Source: Phyllosticta citribraziliensis (lineage: Eukaryota). From it: 64,000 nucleotides of DNA. Below the pieces are notes generated by a model that saw only the letters and a program-made list of their open reading frames with translations, ran no database searches and had not been told where the DNA came from. Each line of letters begins with the position of its first letter. Positions within the stretch are counted from its first letter, which is position 1. Below, piece after piece: positions 37,379-50,667 of the stretch. The stretch covers positions 496,001 to 560,000 of the forward strand of contig NW_027117351.1 of the NCBI RefSeq assembly GCF_038025025.1, in the 5' to 3' direction. The position numbers were made by a program, and so were the translations under genes.

Positions 37379-38776
37379 ATGGCGCCAACGACGGAAACTA
37401 TGAAGGGGCTCGTGTACAATGGTGTGGGCAAGATTGCGATTGAGGAGCGGCCGGTGCCTACGATCAAGAAGCCAGCGGACGCGGTGGTGAAGATGGTATA
37501 CTCGACCATGTAAGTCATACGGCCTCCTTCTCTTTCTCAGAGACAGCGGCAAAAACACGCACTAACTCCAAACATCAGCTGCGGCAGCGACCTCCACATC
37601 CTCAAAGGCGACGTGCCCTCCGTTCCGCCGGGCCGCGTCCTCGGCCACGAAGGCGTCGGCATCGTCACGGCCACCGGGTCCAACGTGTCGCGCTTCGCGC
37701 CCGGCGACGCCGTGCTGGTCGGCTGCATCACCGTGTGCGGCAGCTGCGCCCACTGCCGCCGCGGCATGCACTCCAACTGCACCGCCGACGACAACGACGG
37801 CGGCTGGGTGCTCGGCAACGCCATTGACGGCACGCAGGCGCAGTACGTGCGCATCCCGCACGCCGACAACAGCCTGCACCGCGTGCCGGCGGCATCGTCG
37901 TCGTCGTCGGCAGCGCACCTCGACGACGAAGACCACCTCAAGGCGCTCGTCATGCTGAGCGACACGCTGCCGACGGGCCTCGAGTGCGGCGCGCTGAACA
38001 GCCGGGTCACACCGGGCAGCAGCGTCGCGATCGTAGGTGCCGGGCCCGTCGGGCTCGCCGCGCTGCTCACAGCCCAGCTCTACAGCCCGAGCTTCGTCGT
38101 CGTCGTCGACCTGGACGCGGAGCGGCTGGCCGTGGCGCGCTCCATGGGCGCGCAGCACACGGCGAAGCCAGACGAGGCGGTGGCGCTGGTGCAGCGGCTG
38201 ACGGAGGGCCGCGGCTGCGACGCCGTGATGGAGGTGGTCGGCGTGCCGCAGACGTTTGCGCTGTGCCAGGAGCTCGTGGCGGCCGGGGGCGTCATTGCGA
38301 ATGTGGGCGTGCATGGCGAGAAGGTGGATTTGCACCTCGAGAAGCTGTGGAGTAAAAACATTGGTACGGTCGTCAAAGCCCCTGTTCCCCTGGTCTTTCC
38401 ACCCCTTCCACTTCCCGGTCCTGCTTCAACCCAGACCTACAGTAGAGCGGCTGATTGATTGACTGACTGACTCGTCCCGATGTGAACAGCCATTACGACG
38501 CGCCTCGTCGACACCGTCACGACGCCCATGCTGCTCAAGCTCTTCGCCGCCGGCAAGCTGCCGGCTGAGAAGCTGATCACGCATAGTACGAACCCCCCTT
38601 CTCCTGACAAACCCAAGCCCACCGCTAACACACTCACGCCAGCCTTTCCCTTCTCAGACATCATGACCGCGTACGACACGTTCAGAGCCGCAAGCAAGAC
38701 GAAAGCTCTCAAAGTCATCATCGATTTCGAGCAGGACGTGCCAGGCGCTGCTGGGGTGCGGGGTGCCAGGTTGTAG
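37379..38776 (+). CDS. Zinc-dependent alcohol dehydrogenase (MDR superfamily, FDH-like/bacterial-type subgroup), 4 exons
   Basis: TICGSDLHI, GHEGVG, structural Zn C-x2-C-x2-C-x7-C, GAGPVG, IANVGVHG, ITTRLVDT.TTPML; three GT-AG introns. Confidence 0.92.
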
Positions 38777-39757
38777 GATGGAGGATGGCGTGGCTGGGGT
38801 CACCCTTTCAAGCGCGAGGAGTGGAGGTTGGATATGAGGGACATGATGGTGCGAGGAAGGAAAAAGTATTGTTGGTCGTTTGCGAGCACGTAGGTGCCGT
38901 CTACGTGCAATGTAGTATTGCGATAGTGCCATCCAAGCAGTCTTGGAAACCAAATCGACCATGTCAAATACCTCCCCACGCTTTCAAAATCGCAGCACGC
39001 CATTGGCATAGTCTTGTAGTCTTGAGGCGTGATGCTCAGCTGCCACTATCCCAGAATCTCGTCGTCCAAGTTACGCCACTATGAAAAGGTTCTCGAGCAC
39101 ATCTACGGGCAGGAAAAGCAGCACGATGACGCTGAACGTAAACTTCACATGGACGGCAAGCACCAACCATTCCCGCTTCAAAAGAGCCACGCACATTCTA
39201 CGACCATCAAAGGAAATCTGCTACACCGACTGCCTTCCACAACGAGAGACAGTCAAGAAACTATGTAGGTACCACGAAGGCAGGCGAAGAAGGAAAAGAG
39301 GCGAGAGAGAAAAGGGGAAGCAGTAAAGCAAAACAATCTGTCAACGAAAGCACCTCAACTCCCACCACCCGCGACGACCAACCAGGCCGTCCATCCACTG
39401 CACCACTTAACCAAAAGCTCGAATCAGGGGGAATCAAACTGAACACGCAATGGGAAAAAAGAGGGAGGAAAGGAGACTCGTCCGCCAGCCCGCCGCCCAC
39501 CCGTGCAAAACCAAAAATGCGCTCTCGCTCGAAAAAGTTTCAACAGGAAGTGCCCGCTCGTCGCTGCGTGAAAGCGTGATGAAAAGGACCGTCGTGAATG
39601 TGCTCGCTCGCTCGCTCGCTCGGAAACGATGGTGTGGATGGGAGAAGAGTTGAGTTGACGAAGGGGGAAGGGAGCAAAAGAGAAGAAGAGGAATATGAGA
39701 CAAACCGAAAACGGCGCAAGTGCCGCTATTGCACACCTACCGTGTGCCCAGCGGCAT

Positions 39758-42706
39758 TCAGCAGTTTTGCAGGTAATTGCTGGGCACGAGGCCAAAGGCG
39801 CCGGGCTGGCCGACTATCTCGGCGGCCCACCAGCCGTCGTCTTGCTCTTTGATGACGGCGAGGATGTCGTGTTTGGCGAAGCTGAGCTCCTCGGGAATCT
39901 GCGCCGCGTAGGGGTACATGGCGCGTGCTATGGCGCAGTGGTGTTAGCAGTGCAAGAAATAGGACAGAAAGGCTCAACTCACCGTAGTGCAGCACTCTTG
40001 GGTCGGGCTGGACCATTGTTTGCGGTCGCGCCTCGGCCACGCTCTTGCTCCTCACACGCGTGCTCAGTGCTCCTCCGGCGTTGCTGCCGCCATAGCTACT
40101 CATGGGCCTTGAAGCTGGAGGCATGCCTCCGCGCTGACTGCCGCCGTACGTTGATCCACTTGTTGTGGGGGTCAGCTGCAGCGCCATGTCTCCTCCACTG
40201 CTGTGGCTGCTGGTCGGTCGTTGAGCAAAGTGTGGTGCAGGAGAGGTGGCGCCTCCGCGGTTTCCTGGACGCGAGAATTGCGGGTTGGGCGACAAGGCAC
40301 GCGGCACATTTGTGGGAGCATTATTCATCCAGTATGCATCGTTGGGGCGGCCTTTGATTGGGCTGGATGATTGAGCACGAGGTCTGTTTGCGGTAGGCGC
40401 TGCAAAATGGTTTGGCGAGGCTCCACGGTGGATCTGCGCCTGCATATGGGGAGGGGACCGCATTCCTTGCTGAGCCTCATGCAGTCCAGGACGAGGGCTT
40501 GTACCGCGGTTAATTCCTGGGCTGAGTGCACGCGGGATATCGTTGCTGGTCCGAGAAGCGGAATGGGCCGAGCCGCCTGATGAGCGCGGAGTGAACATCT
40601 TTTGCGTCTGGCTGACGTACTTCTGCGTTGTTTGTTGCATTTGCTTGGCCGTGTGGGCACCCGGAGGAGCGCTGAGCAAGCTGACTGGCTGCTCATACGA
40701 TGGAGGAGGTGTTCCACTTTTTGCCGCATTCAAGCCTGCCTGACCAAGCACAGGAGGTGGATTAAGATCAGGCGCAGGGGTCCTTACGGGCGTTCTGGTG
40801 ATGCCGGCGTATCGGTCTGCTGTAATGCGGCTTGCGGATTTCTTGGAGCCTCCTCCTTTGAGCTCAGCCAGAGCCTGTGCTAGAATATCGCCGTCGTCCT
40901 TTGGAGGTTTTGTAGGAGATTTCTTCGGCGAAGGCGCGACGTCAAACACATTCTTTCCAACGTTGAGCTGGAAGTTCGCTCTTGGGTCGACCGGATCAGG
41001 GTCTGGGCTCGGAGATGCCCGGATATTGCCCGCAATCATCGATGCACGAGTTTGACGACTGTAGAGCGGCTGCTGTGTAGACCAAGTGTTGCGACTGTTG
41101 GTCACAGGGGCTGGCTCGGGTTCCCTGTCCTTTTTCTTGAAAGGACTGCGGCCTTGGAAAATCCCACTCCTCTTCTTGAGAATCGAACGATCGCCTGGGC
41201 CAGCCGGGATAGGATCTTCAAGTTGCTTCACCGGCGAGGGGGCGCCACTGAAGGGTTCGCCGCTTGTGTAAGAGTTTGGATTGGAATAATCGCTGCGAGA
41301 GTCTCGACTGTCGGGCCGCACTGGGCTTGGTACAACAGAGCTTCGTTCCGACGGAGGTGCGATGCGGCAAAACTGTGTCATTCCGTCCGTGGGGTAGGCA
41401 TTGTGAGGAACAGCCGGAATGTCTCCGTATTGGTTCGTGTACTGCTGTTGAAGCGCTTGCGCCTGGCTGTATGAGCGTCTCGAGGGCTCCTGGGCGGGAT
41501 GGGGTACAGTGCCATGCAAGTCCTTGTGGCCTAGCTCTCTGGCCAGTGGGTTGTTCGGATCGTGGTGAGATTCGAAGACAGATGGCTGCGGCGATGAGCT
41601 CCGGAACGCGGGATTCATCGTTCTTTGAAATTGTGCCACGGAGTAGCTGTTGTCTTCCGACGTCTCCGAAACGTCGTCTGCGTCTCCACGACAAAAGTCT
41701 ATGAATTTGGGTGCATCTGGTATTTCCTGCCCGGTCCCACTGTCCTTGATGAAGTTGGTAATGTCTTTTTGCACGTCGCACTCTTCGAGGGAAAGACGTA
41801 TCCTTTCGAGAGCCTTTGAATCGTTAGCACTGGATCCACATCCTGGGCGGCTACTTACAGAATCGTCGATTTCGCAGACGGTCGAGGAAATGTTGGCAAA
41901 TTGCCACAGACTGCTCTTCATAAAGTCAATGCGCTCTTCTTCGAGGTCTTGGAAGCCATCACAAGCTTTTTTCCACTCCCTGTTCCATCGAACGGTGGTA
42001 TCCTCCAAAACTTTGACAGCCTGCTCGTACTCCTGGCTGCTTGTCGATATTTGTATCTTGGTCTTTTCCAGCTTGGCTTTATTCTTCCGTTCCTCCTGGC
42101 CCATGACCATGTGTCCCTGCGCCAGGTAGCCCTTGATTTTCAAACAATCCTGCTCATACCGGTCCCGCGATTTGTTGACGGCGCTTGTTTGCTGCATTTT
42201 GACTTTCAAAAGCTTCTCGATTCCAGCCTGGATAATCTTTCGGCGTTCCTTCATGCCTCCGGCAAAGGCCGATAGCTGCTCTTCGAGTTCCGACTTCATT
42301 TGACTGGCGATTTGCTGGTGCGCTTTGCCCATGGACTCCATTTCGGATCGTACAGATTCGAGCGACAATTTTAGTGTACCGCATTCGGACGAGCCGAGCG
42401 GCTTCCGGGCTAGGTTGAGTAGTTTTCTTGCATAGTCCTCTTCGATTTGAGCGCGGGCTGCAACTGTTAGTTCAGGCTCCGGGCATGGGGTACAAGTACG
42501 TACCGGTGTAGAACGACTTCATCTCATCTCCCGTCACTTTGGCGTTGTGCATGCGCTCCAAGAGCGGCGAGACACCAGCATCATCTTTTCCCCAAAAATT
42601 GTTGGCAACTAAAAGACGGAGTTAGAGCAGCTGACGGCAGTTCACGGAAAGATGGCGTACAGGAGAGCGTCACGGAGGGCGGATCAGTGAGCGATGTCCC
42701 AGCCAT
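39758..42706 (-). CDS. HOF1: F-BAR/SH3 cytokinesis protein (Hof1/Cdc15/Imp2 family)
   Basis: N-terminal SFANNFWGKDDAGV.PLLERM, RAQIEEDYARKL, FQDLEEER (F-BAR). The final exon encodes an SH3 domain: ARAMYPYAAQIPEELSF...DDGWW...GLVPSNY. Confidence 0.9.
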
Positions 42707-43574
42707 GGTGCCGGGAGCTCACGCGGGAGCTTTGGAAGCGGCGCAGTCGAGGTGGTGGGAGGAAAAGGGTAGGAGAAGCAGAGATAGCAAGCTCGAGGCC
42801 GGATGACAAGGACGTGGCGTGAATAATTTCAGAAGAGTTGCTGAACAGGTGTGCCAGGTAGAGTGGGCAGCAAGGTGGGTAAACATGCAGCGGCAGGCGT
42901 TCGCTGGGTAACGGGACCTGAGGCAAGGAAGTGGCACCGCCACAGTTACCCGGCGTCTCCAGCCACAGTCACGTTGGAGCCGCCACTCCACCGCCACAAC
43001 ACCAGGGCAATGGACGGGAATCCCCGACCACCGACTACACGTGAGCTCGCCCTCCTCGCAGCCCAGGCGCACACCACAAAACACCGCCAGCGGCAAAATC
43101 GACGCTCCCGGGGGGCATTTGATTGCTATCCATCTCGAGGCATGTTTGATGCACCGCCAAGGGTCACGGGGCCCATGGACGCGAGACGCGCAATTGAGTT
43201 CCAGGCGACGTGGTTGGCCCGCTGTTGCTGGACAAGCCGCCGTCAACTCTGGAACGGGGCGCAGTAGCCGTATACACGGGGCAGCGACGCCATTTGATGG
43301 ACAATGATAATAAATCTGTAAACGTAGTTCGTGTAGAAGTAGAATACAATGGCCGGGCGTGGAGGTGGTAGCCGTAGCTCACGTAGACTCGACCGTCGGC
43401 AGCTGCCGCCAAGAGGCCCGCGCAGCCCGAAGCCAACCTTGCCGTGAGTGAGCCTTCACCTTCCAAGACACATACGCTCCTCATCATCATCCTCCTCCAC
43501 CATCACGTCCCCCGCCTTCGCCTCCCACCCTTTCCCGTGTCGCGACCTTGCCATCCGATGGAATAGCTGTCTAG

Positions 43575-46500
43575 ATGAGCCAGCAATTCCCCTGGGGCAC
43601 CTCAAGTCAGCAACCCAGCGGACGCCGTGGCCTTGCTCCCATATCCACTGCCTTCAACTCCTCCAGCAGACCCAGCTCCTCGGCTGCCAACTCGCCCTCA
43701 CGACCCGCCTTTTCTCCCATCAACCCACCCTCTGCTCAGGCCCCCGCCTCTTCCTCTCGCCGCATCGTCAGCCGCACCTCGTCCGCCTCGTCGACGACCT
43801 CGCATTTCTCCCCGTCGCAACCCGGACAGCAGCAGCATACCCAAGGGCCGCTGCTGTCTTCCGCTCGCCGTCCAACCATAGCTTCATCAGGCGCCTCCCA
43901 ATTCGCTTCCTCCGCCGCGGCTTTGCCTTCCGCTTCGCAAGGTGGTGGAGGTGCGTCAAGCACCAGCGGCGGAGGGAGCTCCAAAGTGGCTCGGGCCTCA
44001 CCCTCACTCTCACAGCCAGGCAACGTTGGTTCGCCTAGCAGCAACTCGGCTGCATCGGCTCCCTCGGACCAGTCCCTCTCCAGGATCGTCATTGCCCAAG
44101 TCTTTCTCCTGCTCAGCTCGCTAAAGGAGGACAAGGACAGGACCAAGTGGGAACAGCAAACCGACCAGATTCGCAAGGTATGTTGTCACGTCGCGCCTCA
44201 ATTAGGCGTCGCTAACTCGTTGGGTGAAGCTGGTCGACTCGAACGGCATGGAGGTGTTTTCCAAGTACTTCCGCCGCCTGCTCCAGGGCAACGCGTCGCA
44301 AATATTCCCTGGCTCTGCCAAGAGCAGCGACAACACCGGAAGCTACCCTTTGCTCGTCGGCGAAATGCAAAAAATCACACAAGACCCCCAACAAGCATAC
44401 AAGATTGCCGAAGCCATTGACACGACAGAGGGTGATTTGTACAGGGATTTCGACTTGTCCACGTTCATGGAGCACTTCAAGTTGGATCCGGTGGGAAAGA
44501 CGACTTTGGCCCTGGCGTGCAAGACGACTTCAAAACCCGATTTGCGGACCAAAGGCAAGCTTCTCATCCCTTCCCGACCGCACAAAACTATCGCTTCCTG
44601 ACCGCACAAAACTAATTCCATCCAGCCGACGCGATTTTGTCCAACAACTATCAAAGCTTTCTCATGTCGCTCGTCAACTCGGCTCCAGAGGCCGTCGAAG
44701 ACATCCCGCCCAACATTCTGGCCTCCGTAATCGACCGGCTCGCTCAAGACCCGCCACGAACTTGGAACGACGACAGCAAAAACAATCTGCTCTTCGCCAT
44801 ACGCGCCAAGTATGACAAGGCCACGGGAATCGTCCCTTTCGACGTACAGGCAGCTCTACACCTGTTCGAACTGCTGGAGAGCCCCAATACTCTGTTGCGA
44901 CTCGTGCAGCGCGCAGGCCCTCGAGGAACGTTGACTGTGGACGCTTGCAAGGAGCTAATGGCATCGGTCGACGCACGCGATGTCCGAGACCAGCAAGTCG
45001 CGAATGCGCTCCTGTTCATGGCCATCACGCAGAATGGCCAAGCATACAGCGCCAGCAATTTTGTGGCTGCGGTTCGCGAACACCGGGCTGGACAACGCCT
45101 AGACTGGCAGGACGTAATCCATTCTTTCGACCGCGAAGGACTCAAGGTCAACTCACAGCAATTCCTTTCCCTGTACAGGGCACTTTTACCACTGGCGCAG
45201 GACTATGAGAATTTCGACATTCAGCTACTGTGGGGAGGATCTTGGACGCACCAGGACACGCAGCTGTCCTTTGTCGTGTCCTTCCTCTCTTGCAGCCCGG
45301 AGGACTTGGACGTCAACCAGATCCCACGACTTCGGAAATCCTTTACCCTTGAGCTTTTTGCCGACGCTTCACCCGAGGTGAAGCAGAGAGCGCAAGAAGT
45401 CACAAAGCACCCACTCGTATCCTTGGACGCAACGACCGCCCTCTTCACCATCATATTCCGCTCGCAGGACACGTACGGTTTTGCTCAACGTTTGCACATC
45501 CCCCAAACAGTGATTAATCAACACACGGACATTTTTGTCGTGGCAGCTGCTGCTGTGCCCAAACCGTGGGTGGGTTTGCAAGAAATGGCGATGCGTCAGC
45601 TATTTGGTCCATTCGTCGAAAAACGAGTGCACGTTTACAGCTTTGCGTTGCACGGGCTTTGGAAACAGGACAACATTTGGGTTGCCGGCAAATTCCTTGA
45701 CCTCTACAACTCGAACCCGCTGTCCCTGTCAAACATCTTGGAACACGCGTCGGAACACGGCTGGATCGCCGACCTTGTTGCCCTCAACTCGGACATGAGC
45801 TTAGACCTCGCTGCGCTGGCACACAAGGAAGGTCTTTTCGACCTCGATACCTGGGCCCAAGACACCCTCCGCCGGATCCCCGTGTTCCCAAGGGTCCTGC
45901 AGACCTTTCTCCAGAACAAGGCCGAGACGGATCTGCAAGCGCAGCGCGACGGCGCGCCACCTGTCAACGTTCCTCTCGCCGTCAAGACTGTGCATCCGCT
46001 ACTTGGCTTCCTCCAAGGCCATCTTCCAGACGAGGAGCTTGTCTCCCTCCAGAGGATCTGCATCGGTGCTTATCCGAGGTTAATCAACTACGGAGAAGGC
46101 ATGGACGAAATCATCGACGTGAACGGCAAAGACGGCAATGCGATCTCTCCCGAAGCTGATCGGAAGATGCAAGAGCACTACAGGAACATGTATTCGGGCG
46201 ACAGCGACGTCCGGAAAATCATCGAGGAGCTTCAGAGGTACAAGTCATCTGAAGATCCCGCCGATCAGGACCTCTTCGCCTGCATGATTCATGGCCTTTT
46301 CGACGAGTACAACTGTTTTGGAGAATACCCAATCGAGGCTTTGGCAACCACGGCTGTGTTATTTGGCGGCATCATCCAGTTCAATCTTCTGCCTCGGATT
46401 CCTTTGCAGGCCGCGCTTGCCATGGTTCTCGAGGCGGTCCAGGATTACCCTCCAGAAGCATCCATGTACAAGTTTGGACTGCAAGCTCTCATCAACTTCT

Positions 46501-49500
46501 CGAACCGTTTGCCTGAATGGCCTAGATTCTGCGATCGTCTCTTGCGCGTTCCTGGTCTTCAAGGTACTGAGGTTTGGACAAAGGCGGAGGAGATTGTCAG
46601 GCGGCAACGTTCAGGCGAGGTCAACGGCGAAGCCGATGGGGACATTCAAGCTTTGTCCGTTCGGCCCAATGGAAACTCGCAGCCTGAACAGCCAAATCGA
46701 CCCTTTACTTGCCTTCATGCAGACCCCCCATCTGCTGAGGACTACGAAGATCCCGAAGAGGAGGTTCAGGACAAGGTTCTCTTCGTCCTCAACAATGTTT
46801 CGGAGCGTAACCTCGATGAAAAGCTCAAGGACCTGATGGAGGCATTGGAAGAGAAACACCACCAGTGGTTTGCAAGCTACTTGGTCGAGGAGAGGGCAAA
46901 GATGCAGCCCAACTTCCAGCAGCTCTACCTGGACATGTTGGAGCTCTTCAACCACAAAAAGCTGTGGGCTGAAGTCCTTCGCGAGACCTATGTGTCGGTC
47001 ATTCGTCTTTTGAACGCCGAGACGACCATCAACTCATCGACGGAACGCACCCACTTGAAAAATCTTGGCGACTGGCTCGGGTCGTTGACAATTGCCAGAG
47101 ACAAGCCCATCAAGTTCAAGAACATTTCCTTCAAGGACCTCCTCATAGAGGGCCACGACACTCAGCGGCTGGTAATTGTGATTCCGTTTACTTGCAAGGT
47201 TCTCATTCAGGCGAGCAAGTCGATGGTTTTCAAACCGCCGAATCCATGGCTCATGGAGATTGTCCGGCTCCTCATTGAGCTCTACCACTTTGCAGAGCTC
47301 AAGCTCAACCTCAAGTTTGAGATTGAGGTCTTGTGTAGAGGCTTGGAACTGGACTACAAGACGATTGAACCCTCCAACTGCATCAGATCTCGGCCTCTCC
47401 AGGAAGAGGAACTCATCGCTCAGGGCGTCCCAGATGGCCTCGAAGGTTTCAACGAGCTGTCTCTCATGGGCCTCAACAGGGCCAGAGGCATCAATGAACG
47501 TTTCTCGCCCGCCGCCATTCAGGCCTCTCTGCCCGACCTCAGCCAGTCACTCGTCTACCCTCCTGCTTCAGGCAACCTGGGAGCCACAACTCGTTTGCGA
47601 CAAATCTTCCACGCGGCCGCTCAGTCTGCCATTGCGGAAATCATCGCACCGGTCGTGGAGCGGTCAGTCACGATTGCCGCCATCTCAACTTCTCAGCTCG
47701 TCACCAAGGACTTCGCGATGGAATTGGATGACGTCAAGTTCCGCGAGGCAGCCCACAGAATGGTCAAGGCTTTATCGGGCAGCCTCGCGCTGGTAACTTG
47801 CAAGGAACCTCTCCGCATGAGCATCATGAACAACATTCGCATCTTGGCCCGGGATTTGCCTGAGCAAGCATTGCCGGAGGGTCTGATTCTGATGTTTGTT
47901 AATGACAACTTGGACACGGTCTGCAGCATGGTCGAGCACGCCGCGGAAACTCAGTCTGTGGCCGAGATTGACGTGCAAATTGAGGGTGGCCTTCGCCAGC
48001 GCCGCTACCACAAGAGCGCTCAAATACGCGAGCCCTTCAATGACCCTCCAGTCAAACACTGGGCTGGATATATCCCCGAACCTTACCGACAGAGCCCAGG
48101 AGGCCTCAACGCCGAGCAACTGGCCATCTACGAAGACTTCGGCCGCCAGACTCGTGGCATGACACACGCCAACAACAACTCGCAGGACAGTGGCCGTCAA
48201 CTCCCCGAGGCCATGCAAGACCCATACCCGCAGGTCCCCAACCTCCCCACTCCTGCCGAAGCTCCTGCGATTCCGCGTCCAGGCTCGCAGGTTCCCTCTC
48301 GTATCCAAAACGCCCCACCGATGTCTGGCACGATGCAACAAGCCCATCTCAATGGATTTGTTGACCCGCAAACAATGGCTGACAGGGCTCTTGGCTACCT
48401 AGTCGACCTGCAACGGAGCCTCAAGGAGACTGTAGAGGAGCACGTGGAAGAGCTGCTTCCGCAAGCACCAACGCGAGAGATCTACGAGCAGTTGATTCAC
48501 CTCGTCGAGTCGTCGGGCGCACAGAAAGACAATCTCTCACTGGGCATTGCTGGCAAAGTGGCTAATAGCCTCATAGCAGAGGTGGATCGTCGTCTCGAAT
48601 TCGAGGTCATGGTCCAGCTGCTGCTTGTCTTGTGCCACCAATCCTCCCAGACTGCTCGGCAGATTATGATCTGGCTGTCCAACCTCGAGCCCGAGAGGCT
48701 CCTCAACGCTCACCTTGCGGTTTGTTTGATTCAGGCCAATCTGATGGATCTTCAGCGCTTGGACATTACAATTGCCAAGGTAATTCACGCGCGCAACCCC
48801 CACGCGCTGGACAGCCTCTCTCAGCTGCTTGACGAGACGGTCTTGGGCACCAACGTCGCCGCCTTCCGGACAGACTTTTCCCGATCCCTCGAGGCTTTGA
48901 CGCAGTGGTTGGTCGAGGATGTTGACCTCGATGCTGGAAAGCAAATCATGTCGAAGCTGCAGGTCCCTGACACTGCCCTTCCTACTCCTTCCGACTTGGT
49001 GCAGAGGGAACAGATTGAATACGTGTTTGAGGAATGGCTACGTTTGACCCGTGCAGGACAACCCCAAGCCCCGTCTCAGCAGTTGATTGGCGCTTTTCTC
49101 GTCCAGTTGCAATCTCGAGGCTTCATTCGGTCGCACGACTCGACAGCCCATTTTCTTCACGTGCTCATCGAGGTGTCGATCGAAACCCACGAGCAAGAGA
49201 TGCGTTCGCCATTTTGGAGTCCTGAAGCCGCCTTCTTGTGTGTCGACAGCCTGGCCAAGTTGATTGTCTGCTTGACCATCTACCAGCACGAGATTGTTGA
49301 CAAGCCAAACAAGGCAGAGTACTTTGACAAGGTGCTGAGCCTTGTTATTGTGGTCCTCATGAGCCACCACAACACTCGCGGTGAGCGTTTCAACGCCAAG
49401 GTGTTCCATCGCCTCTTCAACACCATCATTTGCGAGCTCCATGACAGCAAGAGCCTCCTCTCGACTCCTGGACTCGAGACGGCTTTGATGATGGCCTTGG

Positions 49501-50667
49501 GCAAAGCGTTTACGTTTTTGGTTCCCAAGCGCTTCCAAGGCTTCGCTTTCCAATGGCTGGCTCTCGTTTCCCAGCGCTTCTTCATGCCCGTGATGCTGAG
49601 CTTGGCTGATGACAAGGTATGTGGAACAAGCTGCTGGAAGACGAGTCATCTAACAATATCGCAGCGCTGGGATCTCTACACCGAGTTGACCGAGGCTATG
49701 CTTGCGCACGCCGGCCACCTCATGAAGCCTATCGAGCAGGACAACAATGCCAGAGTCTTTTTCCGCGGCGTCCTCCGCGTCCTCTTGGTCATCCACCACG
49801 ACTTCCCTGAATTCTTGGCCGAAAACCACTTCCGCCTGTGCAATGCCATTCCTTCGCAGTGCACCCAGCTTCGCAACCTGGTGGTCAGCGCCTTTCCATC
49901 ATCGTTCCCAGAACTCCCCGATCCCTTTACGACTGGCTTCAAGGTGGATCGCCTCGAGGATGTGAGGAAGGCGCCTGCCATTCGTGGCGACACTGAGGAG
50001 CCGCTGCGTGAGCACGGAGTCAAGAACGCTGTAGACAGCTTGCTCAAGACATCGGAGCAGAGCGCGGACGACCTCCTCAGGGTCATCGACGCTGCCTACA
50101 GCCCCAAGCGTGAGGAGACTGGTTTTGGGTTCGCTCCCGTTACCGTGGATACGGCCTTCCTCCACGCTCTTGTTCTCTACATTGGCAGCAGCGCCGTGAG
50201 CGCCACCAACAAGGGCCCTGTATTCAACGCGGCTTCTCCACACGCCAAGCTTCTCGAGACGCTTGCTCGGGAACTCCGTCCCGAAGGCCGCTACCACCTG
50301 TTGAGCGCCATGGCCAATCAGCTGCGCTGGCCCAATAGCCACACGCACTACTTTTGCTACGCCATTCTGCATCTGTTTGGCTCACGCGGCGATCAGACCA
50401 ACCTCGATGTGCAGCAACAGATCACTCGTGTGCTGCTGGAGCGTCTTCTCGTCCATCGTCCGCATCCATGGGGCTTGATCATCACTCTGCTCGAGATTCT
50501 CAAGAACCGCGACTACCAGTTCTGGGACCTGCCGTTTGTCAAGGCTGCTCCTGAGGTAAGGTTCCGTATTCCATTTCGCTGAACATTGACTGACTCCAAG
50601 ATAGGTGGAACGTTTGTTCGGTGCCTTGTTTCAGCACATCAACCAGAGCCCGCGGGCCGTCTCGTAA
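43575..50667 (+). CDS. NOT1: CCR4-NOT complex scaffold subunit Not1, 5 exons
   Basis: ACMIHGLFDEY, QDKVLFVLNN, HLKNLG.WLG.LT, NLKFEIEVL, PVVERSVTIA, ANQLRWPNSHTHYF, RPHPWGL..TL.E. Introns 44178-44229, 44555-44625 (GC-AG), 49617-49664 and about 50556-50603. Confidence 0.97.

Noticed and set aside
39029..39268. 79-aa ORF between ADH and HOF1
   Set aside because: No ATG in good context and no recognisable domain; cannot be supported.
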